A stretch of 48,033 nucleotides of DNA from an uncultured Heliomicrobium sp. (GCA_964426025.1 CAYRQB010000004.1:1-48033); one strand, 5' to 3'. Positions 1-11,801 are shown, counted from the first letter of the stretch. Made by a program: numbers and translations. The notes: generated by a model not told the origin, from the sequence alone.

Positions 1-157
1 CTTTGTGGGAGAAAATTTTCAGATTGCCAGCAACACAACTTTAGGACACTACCGGAATTCTGCTTGCTTGGCTCATCGGACTGACCTGAGCTAAGCTTGA
101 GCGCGGCTGAGCATAAGTAAGCCAAATTCGTTTTTCAAGAGGCCTCTCATCACACAA

Positions 158-1069
158 ATGTTTTCTCTGTCACCTGCCGTAGCCCATGCTTTGCAAAATC
201 AACGCGCATCCGTCGCGCTGGAATCAACCGTTATCGCTCACGGATTGCCCGCTCCGCACAATCTGGAAACCGCGCGAGCCTGCGAACTGGCCGTGCGCGA
301 ATCGGGCGCCGAACCGGCAACCATCGGCATCATCGCCGGACGACCGATCATCGGTTTGAGCGAAGACGAAGTTGTTTCCATCAGCCGGCGCGGCGATGTC
401 GCCAAAGTCAATCTGTCAAACCTGGGCGCTGTCATGGCTCAAAATCGCTGGGGAGCGACGACCGTCGCTTCCAGTTTGCATTTCGCCGCGATGGCCGGAA
501 TCAAGGTCTTTGCCACAGGCGGCATCGGCGGCGTGCATCGCGGAGCAGGCGATAGTTTCGACATGTCGGCTGATCTGAATGCGCTGGCCGGATATCCGGT
601 CGTCGCGGTTTGCGCCGGAGCCAAAGCGATTCTGGATTTGCCGAAGACGATGGAAGTTCTGGAAACATTGGGCGTGCCGGTCATTGGTTATCAAACCGAC
701 GAGCTTCCGGCCTTTTATTCGCGGTCGAGCGGTTTGCAATTGGATTTGCGCGCCGATTCTACGGCAGAAGTCGCAGCGATTGCGACGAAGCATTGGCAAC
801 TAGGATTCACAACTTCTGTTCTGGTCGTCGCTCCGGTTCCGGCCACGGATGAAGTTCCGGCAAGCGAAATAAACAAACACATTGACGAAGCTTTGACCGC
901 CGCTGCCGAACAGGGAATTTCGGGCAAAGCCGTCACGCCGTTTCTGTTGTCGCGCATCGCCGCCCGCACCGAAGGTCGAGCCTTGCGCGCGAACATCGCC
1001 TTGCTGGAAAACAACGCTCGCATTGCCGGGCAAATCGCCAACGCATTCGTCAATCAGGAGTCACAATGA
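158..1069 (+). CDS. psuG: pseudouridine-5'-phosphate glycosidase
   Basis: 303-aa ORF with an ATG start. The motifs [20 protein letters not shown] and the overall layout are typical of the PsuG/IndA family. The stop overlaps the next start (ATGA at 1066-1069). Confidence 0.88.
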   Translation: MFSLSPAVAHALQNQRASVALESTVIAHGLPAPHNLETARACELAVRESGAEPATIGIIAGRPIIGLSEDEVVSISRRGDVAKVNLSNLGAVMAQNRWGATTVASSLHFAAMAGIKVFATGGIGGVHRGAGDSFDMSADLNALAGYPVVAVCAGAKAILDLPKTMEVLETLGVPVIGYQTDELPAFYSRSSGLQLDLRADSTAEVAAIATKHWQLGFTTSVLVVAPVPATDEVPASEINKHIDEALTAAAEQGISGKAVTPFLLSRIAARTEGRALRANIALLENNARIAGQIANAFVNQESQ

Positions 1070-1560
1070 ACCTCAAAGACATTCGCCAACTTTTCGATTA
1101 CACGGAATACGCCAACAATCTGGCGCTGGACGCGGCTGAAAAACTGACCGACGAACAGTTGCGCCACGATTTCAAAATCAGCCACGGTTCGATACTTGGC
1201 ACTCTGGCGCATATGGCCGGAGCCGAATGGGTTTGGTTGTCGCGATGGCAGGGAACTTCGCCGTCGGAAATCTGGAACGACAAAACTTTCGCGGACCTTG
1301 CCGCTTTGCGCGGGCGCTGGCAACAGATCGAATCCGAACGAAGCGCGTTGCTCGACGGCCTGACGATGGACGCGTTGCACGCCGAATTGAGTTACAAAAA
1401 CATCAAAGGCGAGGCGTTCAGCTTGCCGCTGGTCGCTCAGATGCAGCACGTCGTCAATCACGCGACGCTTCATCGAGGCCAGGTCGTCGGAATGATTCGA
1501 CAGCTTGGAATTGCTCCGCCCGCAGTTGATCTGCTGTTTTACCTGCTTGCAAATAGTTAG
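1066..1560 (+). CDS. DinB-family (four-helix-bundle, metal-dependent) protein
   Basis: 164-aa ORF. The SD-like CAGGAG lies 5 nt upstream of the ATG. The His-containing helices ([11 protein letters not shown] ... [13 protein letters not shown]) are typical of the DinB/YfiT-like family. Confidence 0.78.
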   Translation: MNLKDIRQLFDYTEYANNLALDAAEKLTDEQLRHDFKISHGSILGTLAHMAGAEWVWLSRWQGTSPSEIWNDKTFADLAALRGRWQQIESERSALLDGLTMDALHAELSYKNIKGEAFSLPLVAQMQHVVNHATLHRGQVVGMIRQLGIAPPAVDLLFYLLANS

Positions 1561-1669
1561 TCGAAACAATTGAGGTTGAGAGAGGTGGTGACGGGCTTTT
1601 AGCCTGTCGCCTGGTGGAACAGACTAAAGTCCATTCCACCGTCAGCCGCACTGATTCATTCCCTACTTC

Positions 1670-2443
1670 ATGAAGATCATCGCCATCGCCCTCAACACAT
1701 TTCGCGAATCGGTTCGCGACCGCGTGCTGTACAACCTGGTGTTGTTCGTCGCGTTGATCGTCGTTGCGGCTGTTGTCATGGGGCGAATCGCGGTCGGTCA
1801 GGAGGCGAAAATCATCATTGATGTCGGATTATCAGCGACGTCAATTTTCGGTTTGCTGATTGCCATCTTCATCGGCATCGGGCTGGTTTCAAAAGAAATC
1901 GAACGGCGAACCATCGTCGTCATTTTGTCGAAACCTGTTCGCCGATTTCAGTTCATACTGGGCAAATATTTGGGACTGTGTCTGACCTTGCTGGTCAACA
2001 CGGCGGCAATGGCTTTGACGGTTTCGCTGGCGCTGATGTTTGTCAAAGGCGGATTCGATTCCGCGCAATTGAATTTGTGGCCGGCGGCTTATCTGATCTT
2101 TCTGGAACTGGCGGTGATGACCGCCGTCGCGCTGCTCTTTTCCTGCTTTTCATCTCCGGCATTGTCGGCGCTGTTCACGCTGCTGGTTTTTCTGATTGGC
2201 CGTTGGAGTCCAGACCTGAAACTGTTTGCCGAAACTGCGAACTCGGCTGCGACTCGCGCCGTCAGCCGCGCGCTTTATCATCTGCTGCCGAATCTGGCCA
2301 ATTTCAATTTCATCAACGAAGCGGCCTACGGGCAATCGGTTCCGGCTCGATTGCTGATTGGAAATTCCGTCTACGCAGGTTTTTACGTTGCGGCTTTGCT
2401 GGCATTGGCAGTGCTGATCTTCGAGCGGAGAAACTTCAAATGA
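1670..2443 (+). CDS. ABC-2 type transporter permease
   Basis: 257-aa ORF with about 6 hydrophobic segments. The N-terminal IAxNTFRExVRDR motif is typical of ABC-2/NosY-like permeases. It lies in an operon with the ATPase gene at 3128. Confidence 0.8.
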   Translation: MKIIAIALNTFRESVRDRVLYNLVLFVALIVVAAVVMGRIAVGQEAKIIIDVGLSATSIFGLLIAIFIGIGLVSKEIERRTIVVILSKPVRRFQFILGKYLGLCLTLLVNTAAMALTVSLALMFVKGGFDSAQLNLWPAAYLIFLELAVMTAVALLFSCFSSPALSALFTLLVFLIGRWSPDLKLFAETANSAATRAVSRALYHLLPNLANFNFINEAAYGQSVPARLLIGNSVYAGFYVAALLALAVLIFERRNFK

Positions 2444-3141
2444 AGCGCGGAAGTAAATTCGTCTGGCCGTTGATATTGATTGCCTCTCTGGGTTTGAGCG
2501 CGGTGACGCAACGCTGGCTTGACGATCAGCAACGCCCGTTGTTTGCCGCCGAAGACACGCTTTACCTGCGTTCGGGCGAAGCGCTCAGACGAGCCAGTCT
2601 TGGTTTCAACGGATTGCTGGCGGATATGTACTGGATCAGCGCCAGCATTTATTTCGGCGAAAAGTTCGAACAGCAACGGCAACTGGGCGAAACTTTCGAC
2701 GCGGGCAAACTGACTTTGCTCAGACCAATGCTGGACATCATCGTTGATCTCGATCCGCGTCACATTACAGCGTTTCGCTTCGGAGGATTCTTTCTGCAAT
2801 ACAATGATCCTGCCGAAGCCGTCGGCTTCATCGAACTCGGCATTCGCAACAATCCGAACGAATGGCGTTTGTATCAAGACCTGGGCTTCGCGCTGTGGCG
2901 GCAGGGAAAATTCCGACAGGCTGCTGAAGCTTACAATCGCGGCAGCCAATTGCCTGGCGCTCCGGCGTGGATGCAACCGATGGCCGCGACAATGATCGCC
3001 AAAGGCGGCGACCGCGAAACCGCAAGGCAGATGTTTTTGCGCCTGTACGAAGAAAGCACTGACGATTTCGTCAAACAGGTTTGCGAAGAACAGCTTCGCC
3101 AGCTTCAAACAAATCCGCAATCACAAGATGCCAGTCATTGA
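2440..3141 (+). CDS. membrane-anchored TPR-like repeat protein
   Basis: This is the in-frame ATG within ORF 1978-3141, and it overlaps the permease stop (ATGA 2440-2443). From this start the protein has an N-terminal hydrophobic anchor ([15 protein letters not shown]) followed by helical repeat sequence with TPR-like AxxAY/G spacing. The upstream part of the long ORF overlaps the permease in another frame and is rejected. Confidence 0.6.
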   Translation: MKRGSKFVWPLILIASLGLSAVTQRWLDDQQRPLFAAEDTLYLRSGEALRRASLGFNGLLADMYWISASIYFGEKFEQQRQLGETFDAGKLTLLRPMLDIIVDLDPRHITAFRFGGFFLQYNDPAEAVGFIELGIRNNPNEWRLYQDLGFALWRQGKFRQAAEAYNRGSQLPGAPAWMQPMAATMIAKGGDRETARQMFLRLYEESTDDFVKQVCEEQLRQLQTNPQSQDASH

Positions 3142-4051
3142 GATAGAAAATTTGACTCAGGATTATTCGACGGGCTTCTGGCGCAAACAACAGATTCGCG
3201 CGCTGGATGGTTTGGGTTTGCAAGTCGAAGCCGGAGAAGTTTTCGGACTGTTGGGGCCGAACGGCGCGGGCAAAACGACGACGTTCAAAATTCTGATGGG
3301 GTTGATCGAACCGACCGCTGGCGCAGCGCGAATTTTCGGCGAGACAATCGGCGAAGTGAAAATGCGTCAACGCGTCGGTTATCTGCCGGAACAACCGTAC
3401 TTTTACGATTACCTGACGGCGCGCGAATTTCTGCTTTATTGCGGCGCGCTGTGCGATTTGCCGAAATCCGAATCCAAACAGCGCACCGATCAATTGCTGG
3501 CTCAGGTTGGGTTGACCGATTCGGCGGACAAACAGCTTCGCAAATTTTCCAAAGGTATGTTGCAGCGCGTGGGGTTGGCTCAAGCGTTGATCAACGATCC
3601 TGACTTGCTGTTTCTGGATGAACCGATGTCGGGACTTGATCCGTTGGGGCGGCGAGAAGTTCGCGATTTGATTGTCGGTCTTCGCGCGCGCGGCAAGACC
3701 ATCTTTTTTGCCTCGCACATCCTGACCGACGTCGAAGCAATGTGTGATCGCGTGGCGATTCTGAACAAAGGCAGGTTGATCGAAAGCGGCAAACTGTCGG
3801 AAATTCTGAAAAGCCGCATCAACGAAATCGAAGCTGTCGTCAGCGAAGTCAGCGAATCTGCTCTCGCCGCGTTGAAAATTCTGGCTCTGGAAGTTTCGCC
3901 GACTCCCGGAGGCGCTCGCGTCCGGTTGAGCGGCGATCACGACATCGCGCGATTACTGGAAATCACGCATCAATCCGGCGGTCGAATCGTTTCGATCAAT
4001 CCTGTTCGCGAATCGCTGGAAGATTTGTTTGTCCGCGAAGTGACGAAATGA
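3128..4051 (+). CDS. ABC transporter ATP-binding protein
   Basis: 307-aa ORF with Walker [10 protein letters not shown], signature FSKGMLQR and Walker B LLFLDEP. It overlaps the preceding gene by 14 nt. Confidence 0.92.
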   Translation: MPVIEIENLTQDYSTGFWRKQQIRALDGLGLQVEAGEVFGLLGPNGAGKTTTFKILMGLIEPTAGAARIFGETIGEVKMRQRVGYLPEQPYFYDYLTAREFLLYCGALCDLPKSESKQRTDQLLAQVGLTDSADKQLRKFSKGMLQRVGLAQALINDPDLLFLDEPMSGLDPLGRREVRDLIVGLRARGKTIFFASHILTDVEAMCDRVAILNKGRLIESGKLSEILKSRINEIEAVVSEVSESALAALKILALEVSPTPGGARVRLSGDHDIARLLEITHQSGGRIVSINPVRESLEDLFVREVTK

Positions 4052-4056
4052 CGCGT

Positions 4057-4085
4057 TCGCCAAGCCATAAGTCAGACGTTATAAT
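4057..4085 (+). promoter_or_regulatory. sigma-70-type promoter candidate for lolA
   Basis: There is a perfect TATAAT at 4080-4085. TCGCCA (4/6 to TTGACA) lies at 4057-4062, giving a 17-nt spacer. The element is about 40 nt upstream of the ATG at 4128. Confidence 0.3.
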
Positions 4086-4127
4086 CCCGCCTTATTTTTG
4101 AACTCCGAATCATTACCGTAACAATCA

Positions 4128-4781
4128 ATGCTGAGAAACTTACTAACTATTGTCTTACTGATTTTTGCTTATCCGGCAATCGCTTCGGCGCAAACCGCCG
4201 AACTGGATCAACTGATCAACGGATTGCAGTCGAAATACAACAAGCTGTCTTCGCTGGGGGCGGACTTCACGCAGATTTACAACTCACCGAGCGGGCAATC
4301 GCGCCGCGAAAGCGGACGCGTACTTCTGAAAAAGCCCGGCAAGATGCGTTGGGATTACACCTCGCCTGAAACGAAGCTGTTCATTTCCGACGGCAAATGG
4401 CTTTACGAATACGTTCCGGCGGAAAGGTACGCTTCGCGAACTACGATCAAAAACTCCGGCGATATGCGCGCGCCGTTTGCGTTTCTGCTCGGTCGCGGAA
4501 ATTTGCGACGCGATTTCAAACGCATCGAATTCGCCAAAGAATCTCCGGCCCGGGCTGGGAACAAAGTGCTGAGAATGATTCCGAAACGCGCGGCGGATTT
4601 TCGCGAATTGCTGGTGGAAGTCGAACCCTCAAGTTTTCAGATCGCGCGATTGACGTTGATCGAAAGCGGCGGAGCGCGGTCGGACTTCCTGTTTTCCAAC
4701 GTCAGGGAAAACGTCGGAGTCGGCAACGATCAATTCACGTTCAAAGCTCCGGCGGGCGTCGAACTCAGAACTGACAACTAA
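4128..4781 (+). CDS. lolA: outer-membrane lipoprotein carrier protein LolA family
   Basis: 217-aa ORF with a signal peptide (AYPAIASA-Q). The motifs F.Q......S.G.V...PGKMRWDY and F.F..P.G are typical of LolA. Confidence 0.75.
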   Translation: MLRNLLTIVLLIFAYPAIASAQTAELDQLINGLQSKYNKLSSLGADFTQIYNSPSGQSRRESGRVLLKKPGKMRWDYTSPETKLFISDGKWLYEYVPAERYASRTTIKNSGDMRAPFAFLLGRGNLRRDFKRIEFAKESPARAGNKVLRMIPKRAADFRELLVEVEPSSFQIARLTLIESGGARSDFLFSNVRENVGVGNDQFTFKAPAGVELRTDN

Positions 4782-4837
4782 CATTGGCAGTACCGGGAGC
4801 GGTAGCGACCGGGTGGCTGTCCAGAAGCAATTAACGA

Positions 4838-5479
4838 ATGACCAAAGTTCACATCTTCTCTGATTTCGACGGGACGATTTCCGAAAAAGACACGCTGATT
4901 TTTCTGGCGACCAATCTGGGCGGAGGCGCTCAACTGGTCGAGACAATCGGACGGCTGATTCGCGAAGACAAGCTGACGCTGGCTGAAGGCATCGCCGCTG
5001 AAATGCGCAGCATTCGCCGCCCTTTTGCCGAAGCTGAAAAGTTGTTGCGGCAACAGGTGCGGATTGATCCGGGCTTTGTGCCGTTCGCGCGTTGGTGCGA
5101 ATCGAAGCAGATTCCGTTGACGATTCTGAGCGCGGGGTTTCACCAGATCATTGATCTTTACGTTTGTCGCGAAGAATTTCCGCACCTTGATATTCTGGCC
5201 AACACGTTGAAGCCGAACGAGCAAAACGGCTGGCAATGCGTTTTTCGCGACAAAACACCAGACGGACACGACAAATCGCAGGCTTTGCGCGCCGCACACA
5301 AGCGAGGCGAATACACCATCTTCATCGGCGACGGATTATCTGATCGCGCCGCAGCCGAAGCCGCCGATGAAGTCTTCGCCAAACATTCGCTGGCTGAACA
5401 TTGCCGACAGCGCGGAATCAACTGCCACGAATATCAAACTTTCAATGAAGTTCTGGAGCAATTGCAGGGAAGGTTTTAG
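4838..5479 (+). CDS. HAD-IB family phosphatase (MtnX/phosphoserine-phosphatase-like)
   Basis: 213-aa ORF. It has the HAD motif I DFDGTI at the N-terminus, SAG as motif II, and GDGLSD as motif IV. Confidence 0.75.
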   Translation: MTKVHIFSDFDGTISEKDTLIFLATNLGGGAQLVETIGRLIREDKLTLAEGIAAEMRSIRRPFAEAEKLLRQQVRIDPGFVPFARWCESKQIPLTILSAGFHQIIDLYVCREEFPHLDILANTLKPNEQNGWQCVFRDKTPDGHDKSQALRAAHKRGEYTIFIGDGLSDRAAAEAADEVFAKHSLAEHCRQRGINCHEYQTFNEVLEQLQGRF

Positions 5480-5482
5480 ACG

Positions 5483-6229
5483 ATGAGCACGAACGAACTG
5501 ATACTCGGTCAACAAAGCGAAGAAAGTGAAATCTTCAAACGCCGCGAATACATGGCGCAATTGGAAACGGAACTGGCCGAGCGCGAATCGCAACTCGCCA
5601 ATTTGAAATCCGGCCAGACAGCCTTTGAAAGCCGTTATTTGAGCACGGTCGGCGACCGTTACGACGAACTGGCGAAGATCGAAAAAGAAATCGCGCGGTT
5701 GCAGGGTTTGGAATTCGACGAAGATTATGACGGCGAATCGCTGGCTGAAGACGAAGTCGGTTGCGGCCAGAATCGTTTTCATTCCGACAAACTGAAAAAG
5801 CTGTATCGCGAAGTCGCTCGCAAATTTCATCCGGACCTGACTTCCTGTCCGCAGGAACGTCAGCATCGTCACCAGTTGATGGTCGAAGTCAATCGCGCTT
5901 ACGAAACCGGCGCCGAAGAGCGATTGCAGGAATTGCTGGAAGCGGGAGCAAGTCTGGAAACAATCCAAACAAACGGCGCGATGTCCGCCGAATTGATTTT
6001 GCTGCTCAGGAAAATCGCCGAGGCCAAACAACGACTGGTCGAAATCGAAGCCGACATCGCCGAAATCACTTCGTCGGAAATTTACAAACTCAGGCTCAGA
6101 GTCGAACAATCCGAAGCCATAGGGATTGATCTTTTCGCCGATCTGATTTCGCAGGTAGATCGGCAGATCAAAAAAGCTCAGAACCGACTTTTCCATTTGC
6201 AACTGATTTATCAAGGCGAAGCTGTCTGA
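5483..6229 (+). CDS. J-domain-containing protein with flanking coiled coils
   Basis: 248-aa ORF. The central LKKLYREVARKFHPD ... VNRAYE stretch carries the HPD tripeptide. The flanks are heptad-like and rich in E/K/Q/L. Confidence 0.72.
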   Translation: MSTNELILGQQSEESEIFKRREYMAQLETELAERESQLANLKSGQTAFESRYLSTVGDRYDELAKIEKEIARLQGLEFDEDYDGESLAEDEVGCGQNRFHSDKLKKLYREVARKFHPDLTSCPQERQHRHQLMVEVNRAYETGAEERLQELLEAGASLETIQTNGAMSAELILLLRKIAEAKQRLVEIEADIAEITSSEIYKLRLRVEQSEAIGIDLFADLISQVDRQIKKAQNRLFHLQLIYQGEAV

Positions 6230-6339
6230 TGGCGTAGCCGATTGCTACAGCTTTGTTGCAAGTCGCTACAATTTTAACCCTGTGCTGCGAGACTGTGGCA
6301 CTCTGAGCAATTCAATAAAATCGCAATCAGCCATTACCC

Positions 6340-6410
6340 ATCGGCCATTAACCATTAACAGACAGGGAGAGCATTTTCTGAGTTCTGCCCGATAATGGTT
6401 GATGGCTAAT
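6340..6410. repeat. 20-bp imperfect inverted repeat built from CCATTA-like units
   Basis: 6340-6359 pairs with 6391-6410: 16 Watson-Crick pairs, 2 G:T pairs and 2 mismatches, with a 31-nt spacer. The repeat lies upstream of the mscS-glgC operon. Confidence 0.45.
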
Positions 6411-6490
6411 ACTTAATTCCTTCCTTGCCAACGGAACTCGGCGAAGCGCTCTAAAACAATCAAGCGCCATACATCTGAGAAAGCGGCACA

Positions 6491-7555
6491 GTGTTTGAAG
6501 GTGTATTGGCAATGATGAGATCTCCAATACAGTTTGTAGAACTGGCTATTCCTCTCAGTTTTATAGCCGGTGGTTTGCTTATCGGATTGTTGTTCAACAA
6601 ATTTGTTCTTCCAGGATTGCAGAAAATGGCGACTCGCACGCGTTGGACGGTGGACGAAGTGATTGTCAATTCGCTTCGACGCATGCCAATGCTTTGGTTC
6701 GTTCTGCTGGGGGCGTATGCTGCGATATTGGGACTTCCGATCGAGCCGGATTTGTCACTTGCCTTGAAAAAGTTTCTGCTCGTCGTGACGATATTGTCTG
6801 TTACCGTTGTGTGCGGGCGAATAGCCGTCGGAATCGTCGGGGTTTACTCGAAAAGCGTCCAGGGGGTGTTGCCGGGAACGTCGCTCTTTGCCAATCTCGC
6901 TCGGCTGTTCGTTTTTCTGATTGGGATTCTGGTTTTACTTCAATCGCTGAACATTTCCATCACTCCGATTTTGACGGCTTTGGGCGTGGGCGGATTGGCC
7001 GTGGCTCTGGCTTTGCAGGATACGCTGTCGAATCTTTTCGCCGGTTTGCAAATCGTCGCGTCCGGACAGGTCAAAGTTGGCGATTACGTCAAACTGGATT
7101 CGGGCGAAGAAGGTTATGTGTCGGACATCACCTGGCGCAACACTTCAATTCGCGCGTTGCCGAACAACATGATCATCGTTCCAAATTCCAAAGTCGCATC
7201 CGCGCTGGTCACAAACTATTACCAACCGGAGAAGGAGATGTCTGTTCCCGTTCAGATTGGCGTCGGTTATCAAAGCGATCTGAAAAAAGTCGAGAGCGTC
7301 ACGATTGAACAGGCCAGAGAAACGCTGCGAAATGTGGACGGAGGCGTTGACGAATTCGAACCGTTCATTCGTTACCACACCTTCGATGAATCCAGCATCA
7401 ATTTCAGCGTCATTCTGCGAGCTAAGGAATTCACCGATCAATTTTTGCTCAAACACGAATTCGTCAAAGCTCTGCACAAACGTTATCAAAAAGAAAAAAT
7501 AGAAATTCCGTTTCCGCAACGGACATTGCACCTCAGGAGGGAAGAAAATGGATAA
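6491..7555 (+). CDS. mechanosensitive ion channel, MscS family
   Basis: 354-aa ORF starting at GTG 6491, with alternative ATGs at 6512/6515. It has three or four TM segments followed by [11 protein letters not shown]...VKVGDYV, the MscS pore-helix/beta-domain signature. The stop overlaps the glgC start by 8 nt. Confidence 0.85.
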   Translation: MFEGVLAMMRSPIQFVELAIPLSFIAGGLLIGLLFNKFVLPGLQKMATRTRWTVDEVIVNSLRRMPMLWFVLLGAYAAILGLPIEPDLSLALKKFLLVVTILSVTVVCGRIAVGIVGVYSKSVQGVLPGTSLFANLARLFVFLIGILVLLQSLNISITPILTALGVGGLAVALALQDTLSNLFAGLQIVASGQVKVGDYVKLDSGEEGYVSDITWRNTSIRALPNNMIIVPNSKVASALVTNYYQPEKEMSVPVQIGVGYQSDLKKVESVTIEQARETLRNVDGGVDEFEPFIRYHTFDESSINFSVILRAKEFTDQFLLKHEFVKALHKRYQKEKIEIPFPQRTLHLRREENG

Positions 7556-8828
7556 CAACGTACTGGCAATCATACTTGGCGGCGGACAGGGTTCGCGGCT
7601 GTTTCCGTTGACGTTGCCTCGCTCGAAACCCGCAGTTCCATTCGGCGGGAAGTACCGCGTCATAGACATCACGGTTTCAAATTGCCTGAATTCCGACATC
7701 AACAAGATTTTCGTGCTGACCCAGTTCAATTCCGCGTCGCTCAACCGGCACATCGCCCGCGCTTATCGCTTCAGCAATTTCTCGGACGGTTTTGTGGAGA
7801 TTCTGGCCGCAGAACAAACGCCCGAAAACAAAAACTGGTTTCAGGGGACGGCGGATGCTGTGCGCCAGGTGCTGGTTCATATTGATGATTTGCGGCCAAA
7901 GGAAATTGTGATTCTGGCCGGTGATCATCTTTATCAGATGAATTACCGGAGCTTTCTGGAACATCATCGCAAAACCGGCGCCGATGTCACGGTGTCGGTG
8001 ATTCCAACCGACGAAGAGCGCGCGTCCAGCTTCGGCCTGCTCAAAATTGACGACGACGGACGCATCATCGAATTCAGCGAAAAACCTCCAGCCGACAAAT
8101 TGCCGCCGATGCGCGTGGACACGACTCGTCTGGGACTGAATCCGGAAGCTGCGGCGCGGCGTCCTTACATCGCTTCGATGGGAGTTTATATTTTCAATTA
8201 CGACGTGTTGCGACAGATGCTGAAAGACCCGAACCAGACGGATTTCGGCAAACAGGTCATCCCCAACGCCATCGGCAGCCACAACGTGCAGGCTTATCTG
8301 TTCGATGGTTATTGGGAAGACATCGGCACGATCAGCGCTTATTACCAGGCCAATCTGGATATGACGGGACTGGTTCCGAAATTCAATTTGTTCAACGCTG
8401 GCGCGCCGATTTACACGCATTCGCGTTTTCTGCCCGGATCGAAACTGATTGATTGTCAGGTTCGGCATTCGATCATCAGCGACGGTTGCATAGTCAATCG
8501 AGCGACGATTGAAAATTCGATCATCGGCATACGGTCGCGAATCGGAAGCGACGCACGGATAGAAAAGTCTCTGTTGATGGGGGCTGAGCGTCATCAGACG
8601 ATTGATGAAATGGAGCAGGACCGGCGAGAAGGGATTCCACGAATAGGCATTGGCGAAGGCAGCCACATTCGCAAAGCGATCATTGACAAAAACGTTCGCA
8701 TCGGAGCCAACGTCCGAATCCTGAATGAAGCGGGCAGAGAAGATTACGACGGCGATAATTACTACATCCGCGAAGGCATTGTGGTCGTGCCGAAAAACGC
8801 CGTCATCCCGGATGGCACGGTTATTTGA
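7548..8828 (+). CDS. glgC: glucose-1-phosphate adenylyltransferase
   Basis: 426-aa ORF. The SD AGGAGG lies 6 nt upstream. The motifs [26 protein letters not shown] and WFQGTADAV are typical of GlgC. Confidence 0.92.
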   Translation: MDNNVLAIILGGGQGSRLFPLTLPRSKPAVPFGGKYRVIDITVSNCLNSDINKIFVLTQFNSASLNRHIARAYRFSNFSDGFVEILAAEQTPENKNWFQGTADAVRQVLVHIDDLRPKEIVILAGDHLYQMNYRSFLEHHRKTGADVTVSVIPTDEERASSFGLLKIDDDGRIIEFSEKPPADKLPPMRVDTTRLGLNPEAAARRPYIASMGVYIFNYDVLRQMLKDPNQTDFGKQVIPNAIGSHNVQAYLFDGYWEDIGTISAYYQANLDMTGLVPKFNLFNAGAPIYTHSRFLPGSKLIDCQVRHSIISDGCIVNRATIENSIIGIRSRIGSDARIEKSLLMGAERHQTIDEMEQDRREGIPRIGIGEGSHIRKAIIDKNVRIGANVRILNEAGREDYDGDNYYIREGIVVVPKNAVIPDGTVI

Positions 8829-8846
8829 CGGGCGCGACAGGAGATT

Positions 8847-11801
8847 ATGTCTGAAGCTTCAACAATCACCGAGGCGCGCATACCCTGTGCGACTTATCGT
8901 TTGCAGTTCAACAGCCAATTCACTTTCGGGCAGGCTGAAACGCTGGCTGATTATCTGCACGATCTGGGCGTCAGCGATTGTTACGCTTCGCCTTTGTTTG
9001 CGGCGCGACCGGGCAGTCCGCACGGTTATGACGTGACGGATCATTCCAGGTTCAATCCGGAACTTGGCAATGAGGAAAGCTTTGTCGCATTCGCGCGACA
9101 GCTTAAAGAGCGCGGGATGGGTTTGATGATGGACGTCGTCCCAAACCATATGTGCATTGCGGGCGGAGGCAATCGTTGGTGGAACGACGTTCTGGAAAAC
9201 GGGCCAAGCTCGCCCTTCGCCAATTTTTTCGACATTGACTGGCAACCGCCGAAATCCGACCTGAGCAACAAAGTTCTGCTGCCGGTGTTGGGCGACCAAT
9301 ACGGACGCGTGCTGGAAAATCAGGAGATCACGATTTCATATCATCGCGGAGCGCTTTTCGCCCACTATTATGAAATGCGCCTGCCAATTGCTCCGCGCAC
9401 TTACACTGAAATACTGAAACGGCTGTTGCCGCAGATAAAGGCGAAGCTCGGCGAATATCACACATCCGTTCTGGAGTTGGAAAGCATCATCACTGCGCTC
9501 GGCCATTTGCCTCCCCGAACTGAAACCGATCCGGTCAAAATCAAAGAAAGAAGGCGCGAGAAGGAAATTATCAAACGACGCCTGGCTGCGCTGGCTTCGT
9601 CAAACGCAGCGGTGCGCCGCGCGATCAAAGATACGCTCAGCGAAATCAACGGCAACAATCAGGACCCGCGCAGCTTTGACCGCCTGGAAACTTTGCTGGC
9701 AAAACAGGCCTATCGGCTTTGTTATTGGCGAGTCGCGGCGGATGAAATCAATTACCGTCGGTTTTTCGACATCAACGAACTGGCGGCCATACGCGTGGAA
9801 TCGCCGGAAGTTTTCGCGGCGGTTCACGATCTGGTCTTTCGTCTGATCAAACAGGGATGGGTGACGGGTCTGCGAATTGATCACGTGGACGGATTGTTCG
9901 ATCCGGCGCAATACCTGCTGGACGTGCAATTGGTCAGTCACATCGCCCTGTTGCAGGCGCGGACAAAGGCCGCGACCGGCAGAATCCCGCGTTTGTCGCG
10001 CAGACGGCAACCCGGCGACAACAGCAAATCCTGTTATCTGGTTGTTGAAAAGATTCTCGGCCACGATGAACAACTGCGTGGCGATTGGGCTGTTCACGGC
10101 ACGACCGGTTACGAATTCCTCAATCTGCTCAATGGCGTTTTTGTTGACGCGAGCAAGGCTGAAGCGTTTTACAAGCTTTACGAACGGTTCACGGACGAAG
10201 AGGTGAAATTCGACGACCTGATCTACGACTGCAAAAAGCTCATTCTGCGCGTGGCGATGTCCAGCGAATTGCATGTGCTGGCGCGCAAACTCGACCGTAT
10301 TTCCGAACAGCATCGTTACTCGCGCGATTTCACGCTCAACGGCCTGCAATACGCTCTGGGCGAAGTCATCGCCTGCTTTCCGGTCTATCGCAGCTACACG
10401 CGCGCCGAACAGGTGACGGTTGACGCCGAAGACCGCAACTACATTCTGACGGCGATTCGTTCAGCCAAACGGCGTAATGCCGCGCTCAGCCCGTCGCTTT
10501 TCGATTTCATCAGTTCGATTCTGTTGCTCGAAGACCCTGAAGAATTGAACGAAGCGCAACGCACCGACCGCAGAGATTTCGTCAACCGTTTCCAGCAATT
10601 GACCGGCCCGGTAATGGCCAAGGGATTGGAAGACACGGCCTTTTATCGTTGCTATCCGCTGGCGTCGCTGAATGAAGTCGGCGGTCATCCCGGCCAGTTC
10701 GGAGTTTCGCTGGAATCCTTTCACCGGCAGAACCAGCGCCGCGCAGAGCAATGGCCGCACAGTCTGTCGGCAAGTTCCACGCACGACACCAAACGCAGCG
10801 AAGACGTGCGCGCGCGCATCAACGTTCTGTCTGAAATGCCCGCTCGCTGGTATCGCGCCGCTCGGCGTTGGCAAAACCTGAACCGCGAAAAAAAAGTGCA
10901 GCTTGACGAATTCATTGTGCCGGACGCCAACGAAGAATATCTGCTTTACCAAACGCTGATCGGCGTTTGGCCGTTTGCCGCGATGGATGCCGATGCCCAT
11001 TCGTCGTTCGTGCAACGGATTGAAGAGTATCTGATCAAAGCCGTCAGGGAAGCGAAAATTCATTCAAGCTGGATCAACACGAACGATGCTTATGAGCAGG
11101 CTGCGCGGCAATTCGTTCGCGAAGTTCTGGCGCTGAACGGCGACAATGAATTTCTGAAATCCTTCGCCGAATTCCAATCCATGGTGGCGCGAGTCGGAAT
11201 GTTCAACTCGTTGTCGCAAACATTGCTCAAGCTGGCTGCGCCGGGTGTGCCGGATTTGTATCAGGGCGCTGAAATCTGGGACTTCAGTTTGGTTGACCCA
11301 GACAACAGGCGACAGGTTGATTACAGGCTTCGCCGCGAACTGCTGGCTTCGCTTAAAACCGACGAGCACGGAAAAGCCGCGCTGGTCGAAGAGCTTCTCG
11401 CGCGCCCTGAAGACGGGCGCATCAAGCTTTACCTGATCAGGGAAGCGCTGAGATTTCGCCGCGCCAATCAAGAGCTTTTCGCGGAGGGAAGTTACCAGCC
11501 GCTCGTCGCTGTTGGAGAAAATTCGGAACACGTCATCGCATTTGCTCGAACGATGAAAGAGAAAACAGTCGTTGTGGCTTCGGCGCGATTCTTCACGCGT
11601 TTGAGCGACACTGACAAACCGCCCGTCGGTAAAGAAGTATGGGGCGAGGATGCAATTCGATTGGCTGATGAAATGCGCAGCGGATTGTATCGCGACGTTC
11701 TGACCGGTCGGCAAGTTGATTTACGCCGGGATGACAGCGCGTTGCCGCTGGCTGAAGTGTTCGCGCATCTTCCCTTTGCGTTGCTGGAACGGATCAATTG
11801 A
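8847..11801 (+). CDS. treY: malto-oligosyltrehalose synthase
   Basis: 984-aa ORF. The TYRLQF...F.....L.DYL..LG.S..Y.SP start and the LRIDHVDGL catalytic region are typical of TreY (GH13). Confidence 0.9.
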   Translation: MSEASTITEARIPCATYRLQFNSQFTFGQAETLADYLHDLGVSDCYASPLFAARPGSPHGYDVTDHSRFNPELGNEESFVAFARQLKERGMGLMMDVVPNHMCIAGGGNRWWNDVLENGPSSPFANFFDIDWQPPKSDLSNKVLLPVLGDQYGRVLENQEITISYHRGALFAHYYEMRLPIAPRTYTEILKRLLPQIKAKLGEYHTSVLELESIITALGHLPPRTETDPVKIKERRREKEIIKRRLAALASSNAAVRRAIKDTLSEINGNNQDPRSFDRLETLLAKQAYRLCYWRVAADEINYRRFFDINELAAIRVESPEVFAAVHDLVFRLIKQGWVTGLRIDHVDGLFDPAQYLLDVQLVSHIALLQARTKAATGRIPRLSRRRQPGDNSKSCYLVVEKILGHDEQLRGDWAVHGTTGYEFLNLLNGVFVDASKAEAFYKLYERFTDEEVKFDDLIYDCKKLILRVAMSSELHVLARKLDRISEQHRYSRDFTLNGLQYALGEVIACFPVYRSYTRAEQVTVDAEDRNYILTAIRSAKRRNAALSPSLFDFISSILLLEDPEELNEAQRTDRRDFVNRFQQLTGPVMAKGLEDTAFYRCYPLASLNEVGGHPGQFGVSLESFHRQNQRRAEQWPHSLSASSTHDTKRSEDVRARINVLSEMPARWYRAARRWQNLNREKKVQLDEFIVPDANEEYLLYQTLIGVWPFAAMDADAHSSFVQRIEEYLIKAVREAKIHSSWINTNDAYEQAARQFVREVLALNGDNEFLKSFAEFQSMVARVGMFNSLSQTLLKLAAPGVPDLYQGAEIWDFSLVDPDNRRQVDYRLRRELLASLKTDEHGKAALVEELLARPEDGRIKLYLIREALRFRRANQELFAEGSYQPLVAVGENSEHVIAFARTMKEKTVVVASARFFTRLSDTDKPPVGKEVWGEDAIRLADEMRSGLYRDVLTGRQVDLRRDDSALPLAEVFAHLPFALLERIN

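Noticed and set aside
1978-2439. Upstream extension of ORF 1978-3141.
   Set aside because: It overlaps the ABC-2 permease in another frame. The internal ATG at 2440 overlaps the permease stop and yields a sensible signal-anchor.
3071-3940. 289-aa minus-strand ORF opposite the ABC ATPase. Similar shadow ORFs lie opposite the J-protein (5336-6214), glgC (7677-8666), treY (9600-10349, 10461-11063, 11064-11714), mreB-like (20040-20825), the NtrC-family gene (25416-26102), the DUF389 gene (28923-29669) and the ATPase gene (39960-40814).
   Set aside because: All are antisense to genes with strong family signatures, and none shows motifs, an SD or sensible composition.
6295-6312. TGGCAC at 6296-6301 as a sigma-54 promoter upstream of mscS.
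   Set aside because: No GC dinucleotide or TTGC lies at the required GG-N10-GC spacing.
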